From Chrysomallon squamiferum (Eukaryota > Animalia > Mollusca): a DNA stretch of 64,000 nt. The DNA lies in assembly GCA_012295275.1 (NCBI GenBank), contig CM022675.1, positions 10,292,001-10,356,000 on the forward strand. The letters run 5' to 3'. Positions 1 through 25,564 of the stretch are shown here, piece by piece; the first letter of the stretch is position 1, and every line of letters begins with the position of its first letter. The position numbers were made by a program, and so were the translations under genes. Below the pieces are notes generated by a model. The model saw only the letters and a list, made by a program, of their open reading frames with translations. It had not been told where the DNA came from and did not search any database.

Positions 1-349
1 TTTGTCCTGTAAAAGTAATAAACAAAACTTTTCACTGATAACCCTAATAAACAAAAATAATTTACTAAAAAAATATAACATTTATCACTGGAAATGATAG
101 CAAATATTTATTTAAAAGTTACTTAAAATATTAAAATTACAAATTATTTAGTCAGAATAAATACATTTTACATAATTTAAATATTACATTTTACATCATA
201 ATTAAGTTATCTCTTGAAAATGATCTGCTAGTCTGTTATTTTGTAAAAAATACAGAAGTTTACAATTTTTGGGGTTCATAATAATCAACAAAAATGCCAA
301 GCTGCGTGTTTTTCAGTTTTGTGGTAAACTTGTCAAACATTGTAATTAA

Positions 350-597
350 CATTGTCAAGTTGTATATAAAATAGAAGTCAATAATATCCATGTTTTAAAT
401 AAATACAAATAAATACAAGTTGTATATTAAAATAGAAGTCAATAACATCATGTTTTAAATAAATACAAACTGATAAAGAATTGTCTACTTGCATATTAAA
501 ATACAAGTCAATAACATCATGTTTTAAATAAATACAAATTGATATAGAATTGTCTAGTTGCATATTAAAATACAAGTCAATAACATCATGTTTTAAA
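350..597. repeat. Tandem minisatellite, 60-69-bp unit, ~4 copies
   Basis: TGTTTTAAA preceded by AAGTCAATAA(C/T)AT recurs at ~391, 451, 520 and 589. This explains the repetitive ORF 378..626. Confidence 0.85.
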
Positions 598-725
598 AAC
601 AAACTGAATTTCTTGGCAACAAACATATTACTTATGGGTATTTCAATAAAATCAAAACAGGAAAGAATTTCAAAGTTGAAGTTACAAAATCAAAAACAGT
701 TCAAAACAACTTACTTCAAATTTAC

Positions 726-2013
726 CATGACAAAACTTTGGCCAATCCATGATGCACACCAGCCCAGTGAACATTCTGCAATGAGCTTTGTCTGACTGTG
801 CACAGTAAAAACCTCTGAGAAAAACAAAAATCTCAAAGTAAGGGAAGTAAAAACATTATAAAACTGATATAAAAAAAAAAACAAAGAAAAACTATATTTA
901 AAAACATATTGGATAATATGCAAAATTAACAATTTAATTCACATCCAAAAATGTTAATTGTTAACTCAAAAATAAATATTAATTCCTATCAATAATTATT
1001 AAATTAATAAACATAAAAATTGAAATTTATGAGAGTAATAAAAAAGGCTTACACTGTATTCATAAATACTAATTCTGTATTGAATACAGTTAAATGTTAG
1101 CATTCTCATTTTACATGTGTCAATTTTAAATATCATTTTGTATTCATAATCACTTACCTCAAACAATGGAAATCAAATACAAATATGAATATTCATGATT
1201 AAGTAATGAATATTAATGTTATGAAAATGGGTACAGGCCAGGACTTACAGGGTCTGGAGATTCACAAACTGCTGATGTCTGCCTGGTCTGTTCACCTCTC
1301 ACTCGATTCATCATCATCATCAACATCAGCTCCAGTGTTGACAGCCAATAACTGTAACCATTCTGTGATGCTGTGCTGCACACATTGTTGATGTTGCAGA
1401 ACATAAAAACATGATTGTAAATCTTTTCAAACAGCTGACAGCAGTACCTGCAGTGTAATTTTAATTTTTTATTGTTAATTAGAATTCTCTTTCGGTGTTT
1501 TTGTAAAACCTAAACCATCTTCTCATTCAATAATTTTTTATCTTGAGAAAAGCTAAAATTATAAATAAGTTTGAGATTGAAATGAATTTAAAGAAAAATA
1601 GATTTTAGTTTATTTATTTAGTATATCCTAAAAAGTCGATGCCTTTATTCCAATTTTCAGTTTTGATAACATTAGAACATGAAACTAAATCATAAGTTCA
1701 ATAACTTAAGACAGCGCAATAGAAAGAAAAAATATTTCATTCAGTCAACTACAGAAATCCTGTCCATGTTCTCTAAAGAAACCCATCACAAAAACAAGTG
1801 AGTAGTCACCTTCATCTTGTATGTTCCTGCAGTTTTCTACTCTACACACCTAGAAACAAGAAACCAAGATATGGATTACCAGAAACACCAGGAGACCAGG
1901 AACAGAATCATTACCATGAAGTCCTTGAACACTGGGTGCAACAGGATCTCCATGGATACCAAGTTCTCCAAGATAACCAGCTTCACCTTTTCTACCTGAT
2001 ATAAAGTCACAAC
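726..2013 (-). pseudogene. COL4A: Type IV collagen alpha chain pseudogene fragment (end of Gly-X-Y domain plus first NC1/C4 repeat)
   Basis: Three AG/GT-bounded exon relics. 2013..1753 reads GRKGEAGYLGELGIHGDP..GLHGND..GVSGNPYLGFLF....DEGDYSLVFVMGFFREHGQDF (cf. COL4 GYSLLYVQGNERAHGQDL). 1447..1249 reads [37 protein letters not shown]...AVCESP (cf. [38 protein letters not shown]). 814..726 reads VFTVHSQTKLIAECSLGWCASWIGQSFVM (cf. [27 protein letters not shown]). There are several frameshifts and stops, and lost Gly, Pro and Cys residues. Confidence 0.88.
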
Positions 2014-2586
2014 CTGTATCAGAGAAAAACACAATTTTATTATTCAGGTATTAATTAACTGGGTAGTTTTTTCCAGGTGAAAAGGGTAACCATGGAAATC
2101 TAGATCAACTGATTTTCACATTCTGTTCTCACACATACTTCTTTCCTCTATTTTTGTTTACTTTACAAAAAAAATGCTTCATGACAAAAATTATAAATAA
2201 ATCCTAGGTTATTGTAATTATTATTACAAACATTTTAAAAACAAATATGTTTTTTAGACTTCTCCTGAAAAGACACACTATGAAAAATGATTCATAACCT
2301 GAAAGGTTAGAAATAAAAATGGTGTTAAATATATTTTTTCAAGTAACAAATTATCAGATAATGATAAAGATTAGAACTATTAATAAAGTGTCACTTCCTG
2401 GACCACAGAAATATTAAAAACTCATATTTAAATAATCAAGAGCACTGACTTTTATCCCTTTGTAGATTGTGGTAAATAATGAAAGTTTTGATTTGATTTC
2501 TTATGCATGAAGAAGACTGGAACAGATGTATGAAAAAAAAAAGGTTAGCACATGTTTCAAATCAAAGCTAAACTAATTAAACCTAC

Positions 2587-3255
2587 CCTTGAGTAGCCAT
2601 ATTTAACTTCTGCTTTTTGAAGGTTGCTTCCTGGCTGATTGTGGGTGGGAAGTAAAATGATCTGCTGGTCATCGGTCAGGAAATAACTGTCCAGTCTTAT
2701 CAACAAAATGCTGAAATGTAAAAAAAGGTAGTTGGATGTTATTTTTAAATAAATATTTTCCCTTCAACATGTATGTCTGTATATATCTATCTATACTTAC
2801 TATACCCAGTTTAGAGTCATGTAATTCAAACTAAATTTACTCTGGCAATAATAACTATTTCAATCATTTATAAATATATGTTTTGTAAATAGAAGATTCA
2901 ATATTATATACCTTGCAATTTTGTATTTAAGGCTGTAACACGTTTGTTTTAAACTAATACTGGATCTTAATCAAATACTATTTTTTCATATTTCTATTAT
3001 CTGTTTTTGTTGTTGTTGTTTTTTTATTACAAATTAAAGAAATTTAAAACGACAGTTATGTTGTCCAATAACTGGTCCAATGAAGCTCTAATATGTTCAG
3101 TTCTGTGGTTGGAGAATTTCAAAATTCTTACCTTTGTACAAACATATCTATTTGAGTTAATTTTCAGTGGATTCAGCTGTTCCTATCTCTTGTGGCCTTC
3201 CACATAAACTTGATAAAATGATCCACATGAGGTATTTTTGTAACTTTGATTCAGC
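2587..3255 (-). pseudogene. Two exon-like relics of unknown origin (3255..3132 and 2710..2587)
   Basis: Both have TTTCAG acceptors and GTAAG/GTAGG donors and higher GC than their flanks. They join in a phase-compatible way to give *IKVTKIPHVDHFIKFMWKATRDRNS*IH*KLTQIDMFVQ|SILLIRLDSYFLTDDQQIILLPTHNQPGSNLQKAEVKYGYSR, with TGA stops. I do not recognise the family. Confidence 0.35.
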
Positions 3256-3489
3256 CTGAAACAGAGAAAATATATGATGAAGAGATAAACAAGAATCAAG
3301 AAAAACATTTAGTTACAGATAAGTTGTTAAAAAATAAGAAAAGAAAGAAATAATGATATATTCAAGAATAATAAATACCAAATAATAATAATAACAACAA
3401 CAACAACAACAACAATAATAATAATAACTAAATCTTAATTTTCAGTGATTAACTCTGAATTTTTTTTAAAACTTGAGCAATAACAGATT

Positions 3490-3715
3490 AGAATATTACT
3501 GTAAAAACATACATGTATATAAAATTTCTTCACAGACTGAGTCAATAGTGTATTACTGTAAAAACATACATGTATATAAAATTTCTTCATAGACTGAGTC
3601 AACAGAGTATTACTATAAAAACATACATGTATATAAAATTTCTTCATAGACTGAGTCAACAGTGTATTACTATAAAAACATACATGTATATAAAATTTCT
3701 TCACAGACTGAGTCA
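3490..3715. repeat. Tandem minisatellite, ~59-60-bp unit, ~4 copies
   Basis: The unit TATTACT(G/A)TAAAAACATACATGTATATAAAATTTCTTCA(C/T)AGACTGAGTCAA is repeated. It produces the repetitive ORFs 3435..3716 and 3570..3836. Confidence 0.9.
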
Positions 3716-4444
3716 AGAGGCCTGTACTCTTTTCAACCCAATCTGTTATGACATTTCTCTTAGTTTTTATCTAGCTTTGCCTAAAAATGTGGCTTTCCAA
3801 TTACCAAAAAATATATTTGTTTTATATTCTTTGTAGTTATTTCATGTTCTTGTTATTTTTGTTGTTGTATTATTATTATTATTTTTTTTTAATATAGATA
3901 TATATATCTTAACAAAAATTATGAATTTGAACATGGATATGAAAATAGTAAATATGAATATAGCAATTATGAATATAGCTGATACTAATATAGTATTTAG
4001 CTCTGTATTATTTATTTGCATTCCAAATTTTTACTGTTATAATATTAGAATAATCAGTATTGTCATGACATAATAGTTATATTCATTGATTAATGTTAAA
4101 TTAATCTAACTGGCACACATTTCACCTTACAAAAAAAAAGTTAATAATAATATTAAACAAAATAATAATAAAAAAATAATACATCTGTGAAGAACACAAA
4201 AAGAATAAATGTAAAGAACCAATATCACATATGTAAAACACACACACATAAAAAAAGAATGAAACCAGATAACTATTACATTATCTCATTTTTATTTAAG
4301 ACAAATCAAGGTAAAAATGTCCTATGAACAAATGACAAGGATGACTAGAAGATTCAGTCACCCAGTCACACATTTAATAATACACAAATGTATCAGAAAT
4401 AGATTAGTGTATCTGTCACTGTTTACTGCAGAACACCTAGAGAT

Positions 4445-4670
4445 CTCTTGTGGAACCCCAGTTGAGAATCATCGACAGATCTAACAACTTACTCAGTCTG
4501 TGAGGAGTTTTTCTTCACACAGTGTGTCATAATAAAAATAAAAATGTCAGTGCTTGTGGAATTCCAGTTGAGAATCACCCATTTAGTTTGCACTAGATGC
4601 AACAACTTACTCAGTCTGTGAGGAGTTTTTCTTCACACAGTGTGTCATAATGAAAATGAAAATGTCAGCC
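4445..4670. repeat. Local tandem duplication (~105-120 bp, 2 copies)
   Basis: CCAGTTGAGAATCA...AACAACTTACTCAGTCTGTGAGGAGTTTTT-CTTCACACAGTGTGTCATAAT occurs twice (~4458 and ~4564). Confidence 0.8.
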
Positions 4671-5097
4671 CAGGAGCATGTTGACATTTTGTTTGAGAAA
4701 CTTGAACACACTGAAATATCAGGTGACTAAAGACAAAAGTCTCTGATCTTTGCCAAGGTTTGGAGAGACACATTTCGTTGTTTTACTTACTTGAATCATT
4801 ACTTCACAATTAAAATGATTTCTAACTCAGTAAATTAATCACTAAGTCTCATTTTAGAAACATTGTTTACTTTGTTTATTACTGGGAGGTTTCACTCTAA
4901 AGTTTGTTTCTCAAACACTACACAATGTGAGGCATCTATTTTTACAGGTTTAAGAAATCCATGGAATAAATTTTTAATATTTTTCTAATCCTGAATATTA
5001 ATTTACTGATTGCTCTACCAACAAATCAACAGTGTGGCAATTCCCAGAAAACAATATACTACCACTTTGCAGCTGTCATGTTATGTTATTAGGAAAA

Positions 5098-5638
5098 CAT
5101 GCATACATACATACATACATACATACATACATACATACATACATACATACATACATACATACATACATACATACATACATACATACATACATACATACAT
5201 ACATACATACATACATACATACATACATACATACATACATACATACATACATACATACATACATACATACATACATACATACACAAATACATACATACAT
5301 ACATACATACATACATACAGTATACATACATACATACATACATACATACATACATGATACATACATACATACATACATACATACATACATACATACATAC
5401 ATACATACATACATACATACATACATACATACATACATACATACATACATACATACATACATACACATACATACATACATACATACATACATACATACAT
5501 ACATACATACATACATACATACATACATACATACATACATACATACATACATACGTAGTATATATACATACATACAAACGTACATATATACATAGATACA
5601 TACATACATACACACATACATACATACATACATACACA

Positions 5639-5669
<31 letters not shown>

Positions 5670-5748
5670 CATACATACATACATACATACATACATACAT
5701 ACATACATAGGTACATACATACATACATACATATATATATATATATAT
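5098..5748. repeat. Long (CATA)n / (TATG)n microsatellite
   Basis: About 650 bp of CATA repeats with few interruptions. It is the source of the six spurious HTYI/MYVC ORFs. Confidence 0.98.
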
Positions 5749-7749
5749 CTGACTAATCATTTGAAAGTCCTGACCTGCTAACATTAATCTATTATATCAA
5801 AACATTACTGATCTATGTGCTGTCTACTTCTGATTTCGAGTGAAAATTCCACAGCAAAAGAATGTATACATATCAGCTATGTCTCTGCAGGAACTCAATT
5901 TTAGAAGTAGTTTCACTTGTTAAACAATGGCAGTAATTTGCATGTAATTAGACCACAGTGTGAGAAGAAATGATCTCACTTCTTTGAAGGATTAATAAAC
6001 AATGATCCCATGTCTTGTAATAATATCTGCAGCTAGATGAATGAGACTATTTTCAGTCTGGTCTGATACTTAAGTAAATTCACTCATTTACATTTAGTGT
6101 GAAAAGTAGAATCTGCATAAATACATGTGAGCACATTTTGTGTTGTTTATTGCATTCATAATGGTCAGAGTGATATAAAAGATGACAATGCATTTTAAAG
6201 TGAAATTAATAGAAGAGATTTCATCAGATCCATTGTGCAAACAAAAAGATAAGTCATTTAATACAGAAAAACAGAGACTAGCTGTCATTCTATAACATAA
6301 TGTCTATCACCAGACAGTGTGCAAAACCAAGATTTTGGCAGAGAGAAAATGAATAAATACTAGCAAGTTAACAAAACCTGAACTGATGGTTGTTTCAATG
6401 CTTTCAGTGGGAAACAAACAACATATCATCCATTTGCAATCTGATTTTTTTATTTTTTTATATACAACATGAGAAAAATAGAAAGTTTTTTGTTAAAGCT
6501 TTGTTAGGAGAGTACTGTGTTTATGTCTCGTGTTACAAGTTATCTTACACTTTGATGTAATTTAACACATACATTTTATTTGTAAACAGTGAATCAAACT
6601 GATCTTCCTTTTGTGGCATTAAATTTAAAACAGTATTTATGTTAATGTTACAAAGCCACATTTACTAATAAACTTTGTCTTTCTTGTTTCTAGAAAATTC
6701 AGTGAAAACACTTTAACTGATTTTAAAATCCTGGTATTATATATTCAGACTGAACTAATAAAAAATTACTGATAACACTGCTTACATTTACTCTTTTCTA
6801 AATAAACAAAGCTAAGCAAGACTTTATCATTCAAGAACTGTTAATAAAAACTATAAATGAAAATATTTAAAAAAATGACTCATAATTAAATCAAATGAGA
6901 AATACAAAGTTTAATCATTTTTAACATCTGTGATTAGTGATTACTATTCATTTTTATGTCAAATCTTTTTTCTTTGAGCTCAAGAATAAAACTTTAAAAA
7001 GAAATTTATGTCAATATTAAGTTTAAAACAAACATTTGTTAAAGAAAACCAACAGTTATCTGCATTTCAGAATTTGAACAAATAATAAAAAATGTATTTA
7101 GTGACTTGCTTTGAAAACAAACTTTGTCTGTCATCTACAAAGTCTTTCCACAAAGTAATTTTACAGATTATAATAATACTACATTATTAGTATTTTAATA
7201 CTACTACTACTACTGCTACTACTACTATTACTACTAATACTACTAATAATAATTATAATAATAATGAGAACAGGCACTTGCATAATTCTAATATTAATCA
7301 TGATATAATAGTAGTACTTTCTGTTTACAGTATAAGTAAGAATAAAATAATAACAAGAAAGTGTAGTTAAACTTTTAAAATAATAAGAACAACAAGAAAT
7401 TGAAAAAATAAAATTTTAAATTATCAAAAATGATATTAAAAGACTGAGTCCACAACAGAAATTCATGTCTTAATAAAACTGAGACAGTGAGAGAGAGAAA
7501 GAGAGTGGAAGGAAGGAAGGAAGGAAGGAAGGAAGGAAGGAAGGAAAGGAAAGAAAGGAAAGACAGGCAATGACAGAAAACAGAGGTATAACAGAGAAAA
7601 AATGAAAAATTAAGATAGTAAAATTAAAAATAACATTCAAATGAATTAATATAGTGATCTGAATATTATGTCTGTGAACACATTTTAGAAGGAATAAATG
7701 CATTTTAGCACATATAACAACAACATAAATAAAGAAATAATAATTTTAC

Positions 7750-19252
<11,503 letters not shown>

Positions 19253-20760
19253 TTTGGTGACGGTTTCTCAAAAATGTATCCTTAAGGTAAAAAAATCCAA
19301 ATTGAGTTAAACTGTTGATAAAGCACTAAAACCAGAACGTGGTTTCTTCTTAATATTACTAAATCTATTAATTAATAGCTCAATATATATATATATTATT
19401 TAAACTTTTGAATTGCGAAACACAAATGACATCATATAGTTTAATCCATAGGCGCTGGCATAAAAAAAAACAGCTCAGTCAGAACAGGATACACATTTTA
19501 TAAATGTTTAAATTTCAAAGGTTAACGAAAACCCGTATAACTTTAACATCCAGGTAAATGAAATGACATCACCACGACCGAGCGAACCCATGTCTCTTAG
19601 GGGTAAATCTCTAAACCACTTAAAAAACACCCAAACACACCCTGGTTTCCAACGCAACGAAATTTTATCGCGTCGCATCATAAGTATTACGTCTGCTTAT
19701 ATTACATAATGTTAGCTTCGTTACAAAATCTGTCGGTTGTTTGTGGCTGGTTCGGGACATTCAGTGCAGACAAAGCAATTCCACCTGCTGTCTCTAACGA
19801 TAATGTCGTTCTCTCAAACGAAATGCGATATTTTATCGAACGTTCGTCCCACTACGGCTCAGTAAAAAAAATGATAACGACAAACGAAGCCCTGCATAGC
19901 TGCAATGCAGTCAGCGTCCTTATTCAAACAGGTAACGCCCGAACGTCGTCCCGCCTCTCAAGTCTAAATGTGAAACAATTCCTGACAGACTGAGCGTAAT
20001 GTATCATTAGAATAATATAGTCGCTCTGCTTTTGTTTTTCTTTTGTTGAATGTCTTCTTTTTGTTTTCGTCTTTTTTTTTTTTTTTTTGTGATAGGGAGT
20101 GTATGTCGTTTTTCTTTTGTTACACCACTATTACTACTACTTCTACAGCTTCTGCTACCACTATTACTAGAATAATTACAACAACAAATACAACTAGTAG
20201 TAATGGTGGTGCTGATACTGTTATTACTTATACAGTCAGTCCTCTGATGCTGCTACTACTACTACTGTAAATACTCTTACTGCCTGTTACAGTCAAACTT
20301 TCTTATTAGATAGAGGATGGTACTGACTAACTTGTGTGCATATATGTATTTTAGGACTAAAAATTATCTTTCTTATGTACGTATGATCAGACCCTGCACA
20401 TAGACAATATTCGGGAACGCTCTGTCACAGGAGGCCAAAGTCCAGTCACGACCTCACAAACCCCGTCAGATGTGTGTATGTATATATGTATGTATGTATG
20501 TTTGTTTGTTTGTATGTATGTATGTGTGTGTATGTGTATGTGTATGCGTATGTGTTTATGTGCATTCGTGTGTGTATGCGTGTGTTTGTGTGTATGTGTG
20601 TGTGTGTTTTGTGTGTGTGAGTATATATGTATGTATTTATGTATGAATGTACTAACGTATGTATGTATCTATATATCTATGTACGTATGTTTGTATGTGC
20701 TATATTTAAATGTGTTTGTATCTATCTGACTGTCCTTCTATCTATCTATGTATATATAAA

Positions 20761-20762
<2 letters not shown>

Positions 20763-20855
<93 letters not shown>

Positions 20856-20880
20856 CCTCCCTCCCCTCCCTCCCTCTCTC
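20763..20880. repeat. (CT)n microsatellite
   Basis: Perfect CT run followed by CCCT. Confidence 0.95.
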
Positions 20881-21239
20881 CCTAACATCCACTGACAACG
20901 ACACAGTGTACTACATCAATCACGTTGACATTTTCTGTTTTTCAAAACTGACCTCTCGGTCATTTACTCTTCATATTACTAATATCTGATGACAGTATAA
21001 ACAATTTTATGTTTTCTTACGAATCTTTCAAAACATGCCACGGCTGCATCAAGCAGTCCTCTCAGAAATGAATGTGAATGTTACAGCGTCCTGGGATAAG
21101 AAAAATGCCAACATTCCACAATCATAATCAAACGCCAAAATGCATCTGTGAAAAACGTTCTTGCAACAGTACGTTTTTGTTTTTGTTTTATTTTATTTTA
21201 TTTTATTTTATTTTATTTATTTATTTATTTATTTATTTT

Positions 21240-21270
<31 letters not shown>

Positions 21271-21689
21271 TATGTATATATGTATATATTTATTTAGTTA
21301 GTTATTTGTTATTATTATTATTACTAAACCAATATTTTATTTTTCTTTATACTAGAAATTTATTATAACTTGAAACATATATGCTATTCAATTACATTTT
21401 CTGAAGTCGTGGATTTGCTCCATTAAATCACTGATCATCGTGTTAGTGTTTGTGTTGTTCCTTTATCTTTTATTTACCATATGAATAATGCAAAATAGAT
21501 GATTAATACATGACTCAGGTTAAACATTAGAACAAAACGTGACAGGGAATTTGTAACCGCGCGTTCCATCTCCCACTTCAATTTGAAACAGTCTTTTGAA
21601 ATCACGATAAAACGAAAGATGTGTATAAATTATACAAAGTGCGTGAATTATATTGTCTCATTTCTTCTGATGTTTGAGCGCGCGCGCAC

Positions 21690-21724
<35 letters not shown>

Positions 21725-22029
21725 GCGTGCTGTCCTGTGATAGTGCTTTATAATATTTACTAAACGTAGCTAAGTATTTCGAAGTAGAATTTGTATCTTC
21801 GTATAAATTTCTATCACTGATATTTCTAATTCGTATATAGCTTCCTTTTACGGGTCGTATAACATAACTGTTGTCTTTGGTGGTTTTAACTGATAGCCTA
21901 TATAACGTAAAACAAACATAGAAAAAAACCTGTTACTTTTTGTTTTTATATAGGCTATTTCTTTGTTTCTTTTCTCACGTCCTTTTTCTGTTTGTAATAA
22001 ATTATTTTAATTTCTATCTTCTTCGATTG

Positions 22030-22162
<133 letters not shown>

Positions 22163-23260
22163 ACTCAAACTCTGTAACCCTCTCTCCCATATGTACATAG
22201 GGAACAATGTTTGATCAGCTGTCAGTATCTTGTAAAATGTTTATAACAACGTATGTTGTTGTAATCAACGTGTGCAGGTATACAGAGATAAGATAGTCAT
22301 GCTTGTTTAGACAAACCCAGTCAAGCGGGGCGCTTATCATCCAAAAGGACAATTCTATCTTTTTCATTCAAACAGTCTGATAAGATCAGAACTTGACATT
22401 TAAAAAAAAAAAAATTTTTTTTTAAAAGAAAACAAAATATTCTTAAGACAAATGGTTTATTTAAATATTTTAATTTAAATTATATAAAAATAATGATTTA
22501 GGTGCAGTCAATTCATACCACCGTGGAATCAGTTAAATATTAATTTATGAACTTACCTTTGTTTACATATGCACACCACAGTCACACGTATACAAACACG
22601 CATATATTCACATATAAAAATCCACATGCATATACACACACACACACATAGACATATATGCAATACACTCACAGATATATGCACATACACACAAACACGC
22701 ACACAAAAATACATAAATACATACATATATGCAACACACATACGTATACATATAATTTATAAGCATACATACATACAGACATACTTACATGTATACATAT
22801 ATACATATAAAAATACAAACTTAACTACATACATATATACGTAGACGTAAACACGCATTAATTAATTAAATAATAATAATAATATTCCTTTTTAATTCTT
22901 CTTTTCCGTCATTTTTATTGAAAGAAAGATGGAAGATCCTTGGTGATTGTTAAATAGGCTTACTAATTCAAACTGTTCAAAGACTAATATTTTATGTTTA
23001 TTTTATGTTTATTTTTCTTTCATTTTCCAACCCCGACCCCTTATCTCATGAACCACGCCTCGGGTCACAATGCTGACCTCCTGCTTATAAATCACATGAC
23101 CGTCTGGGAAAATAATTTGTTTTAATCCAGTAGAAGTAAATGAATCAGGCGTGGGTACAAGGACGGTCAAGGGGATTCGACTTCCATTGTTCGTGTTGAC
23201 TCTTGTTTCAGCGATTTGAAAAACACAGATTTTCTGCTTTAAATTCATAATCTTTAAAAT

Positions 23261-23297
<37 letters not shown>

Positions 23298-23604
23298 CTC
23301 TCGTATCTTCTAACACACCTATATGGTATATGACTTAAATATTTTTTTTACATGATTATCACATTTATTATATTACTTTTCAGTATATCTGTATTAATGT
23401 CGATCTTGCTGAATATTAAATAAATTATGAATATTTATTATCGTTACGTTATGTTAATGAATATGTTATGACACATACGGTTATATGTAATTTATTTACG
23501 CGTGTATGCGTCTACACATCTTTATATATAAATGATGGCTAAAAATAAATTTACGTAAAGTCACTCTTTAATTTTTTTTTTTTTTTTCAAGAACATTAAT
23601 ACTG

Positions 23605-23900
23605 AATACGCCATTTTTTTATTTTTTTTTTTTTTTTTTGTCCAGCCATTATAAAAGACAAAGAATAAATATTTAGTCAAACTTGTTTTATTCTGAACTG
23701 CAGATGATAAACGCTGTAATAGGTTTTGCTGAATGATCTAATAATTGATCAGATATACGTGGGAGGAATTTCGTGAACATGGTACATCCTACTCTATCGT
23801 TTGCATAACAGAACTAGGGACGCAAAATGGCCATTATGCATTGCAAAGTGGGATATACAACATAAACCAATGACATCAGCAAGAACTACCAATTCCCATA
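23605..23900. promoter_or_regulatory. Orphan housekeeping-promoter-like motif cluster (YY1-like and ZNF143/SBS-like)
   Basis: CGCCATTTT at ~23609, CAAAATGGC at 23823, TGCATTGCAAAGTGGGA at ~23837 and ACTACCAATTCCCA at 23885. Confidence 0.35.
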
Positions 23901-24361
23901 TTCATGGGCCATATTCATTAGGAGCAAGAATACTTTTGGATGTACTTTGCCTCTAATCCGCTGAGAAAAATAAATCCTCAGTTGACACTAAAATATAGTT
24001 CAGTATCTGCTGATACATGTATTTAGATAAAGATTTAACTTAATAAATGCTGTGTTTTTTATCTTACGTATGTGGGTAAATGTTTACAATCGCAGCCAAT
24101 TCCACCGATTTGACAGAGGTACTGCAACATTATACTTAAATAAAAATTAAAAGTAATATACCGTGTCTTTCTTTTGAGGTACAGTGTTTTCATTTATTTT
24201 CTACGAAAAAAAAAAAAAAAAAACTGACATTGTTCATAGGAGCTAACTGAAGCACGATATCTTATAATCCTTTATTATTCACTAGAAACAAATAAGATCA
24301 GTAAAATTATTTTAAAATACGCTTATCTTATAGGCTTACTTCATCATGGGCACTAATTTAA

Positions 24362-24406
<45 letters not shown>

Positions 24407-25564
24407 GAAAATATCAACATAAAAATAAACAAAATTCAAAAAAAATAATAATAATAATAATAATAATAATTAGAAAAACGTAAAATAATACAAGAAACAT
24501 AAAGAAAACAATACAAAATGATTTGAGTATTTCTTTAATGATTCTATGTACCAGACATTACAAAGAAATCTGAAGTTTCATGTACACCACTAAATAATAT
24601 ATATTAAGTAAAATGATCTAGAATATTGTATATCTATCTGTATGTATATGTGTGTATGTATAAAATGCATTTTAATAATAACACATCAAAAAGTAAAATA
24701 GATAATCCTTTGAATTAACGATTAAAAAGTTTTAAATGTGTAAATAAACGGGGTGTATGTATGAAATACATAATCAAAATATTTTTCTAAATAAGTCAGT
24801 ATAAAGGTTTGAAAAAGTTTTTAAAATTACAAAATTAAGGGGTAAATATATATATATATATATTTTTGTTTTTTTTTAAACTTACTTTTATACAAATGCA
24901 TAGGTATGATTTATACATTTTTATAATTTTAGTATCATGAGTTATTTTTCTAAATAAAATATATTAAAAGAATAACCTCTCTATGCCATGGAAAATAATG
25001 TTTTTCAACATATAACAACAATACAGTGCATGTTTTCAGAAAATATGGAGTATAAAAGTCACATACACATTCAAAACAGCAACTATTTAATACTATCTTA
25101 ATTTTAGACCCATTATGAGTTTAGTTTTTAATCATTACAAAAAATCAGTTTTTATTTTCATTATCAGAATCTTCATTCATCCATAAAGCACCAGTGATTT
25201 ATTTTTTATTTAACAAGCATCTCAAACTGTTATTATTCATCACCACCCATAATGCATCTCATTCTTTATTACCCATCATTCACCTTGATTTCATTATTAC
25301 TAATGCTGAACCTTTCTATTTTTGTTGTATTTCATCAGGCATTTATTTTTTTTTCTGTACTGTTTATCTGTGAGCATACATCACATTACAAATATAGTTT
25401 AACTTTTAACATCTTTATCTTTTGCACTATCTGTTATCCTTTAACACAGAATTTATTACAGTTTGCAATATAATTTTCATCTTTTTAACACACATCACAT
25501 TACAAACAGATGTTCAAGTTATTCTCTTTTAAGAATAGCAATGTAGATAATAATAATAATAATA

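Noticed and set aside
1798-2004. Plus-strand ORFs 1798..2004 and 1817..1999
   Set aside because: They are antisense shadows of the minus-strand collagen relic.
5010-5784. Six long ORFs (115-231 aa)
   Set aside because: They are translations of a stop-free (CATA)n microsatellite.
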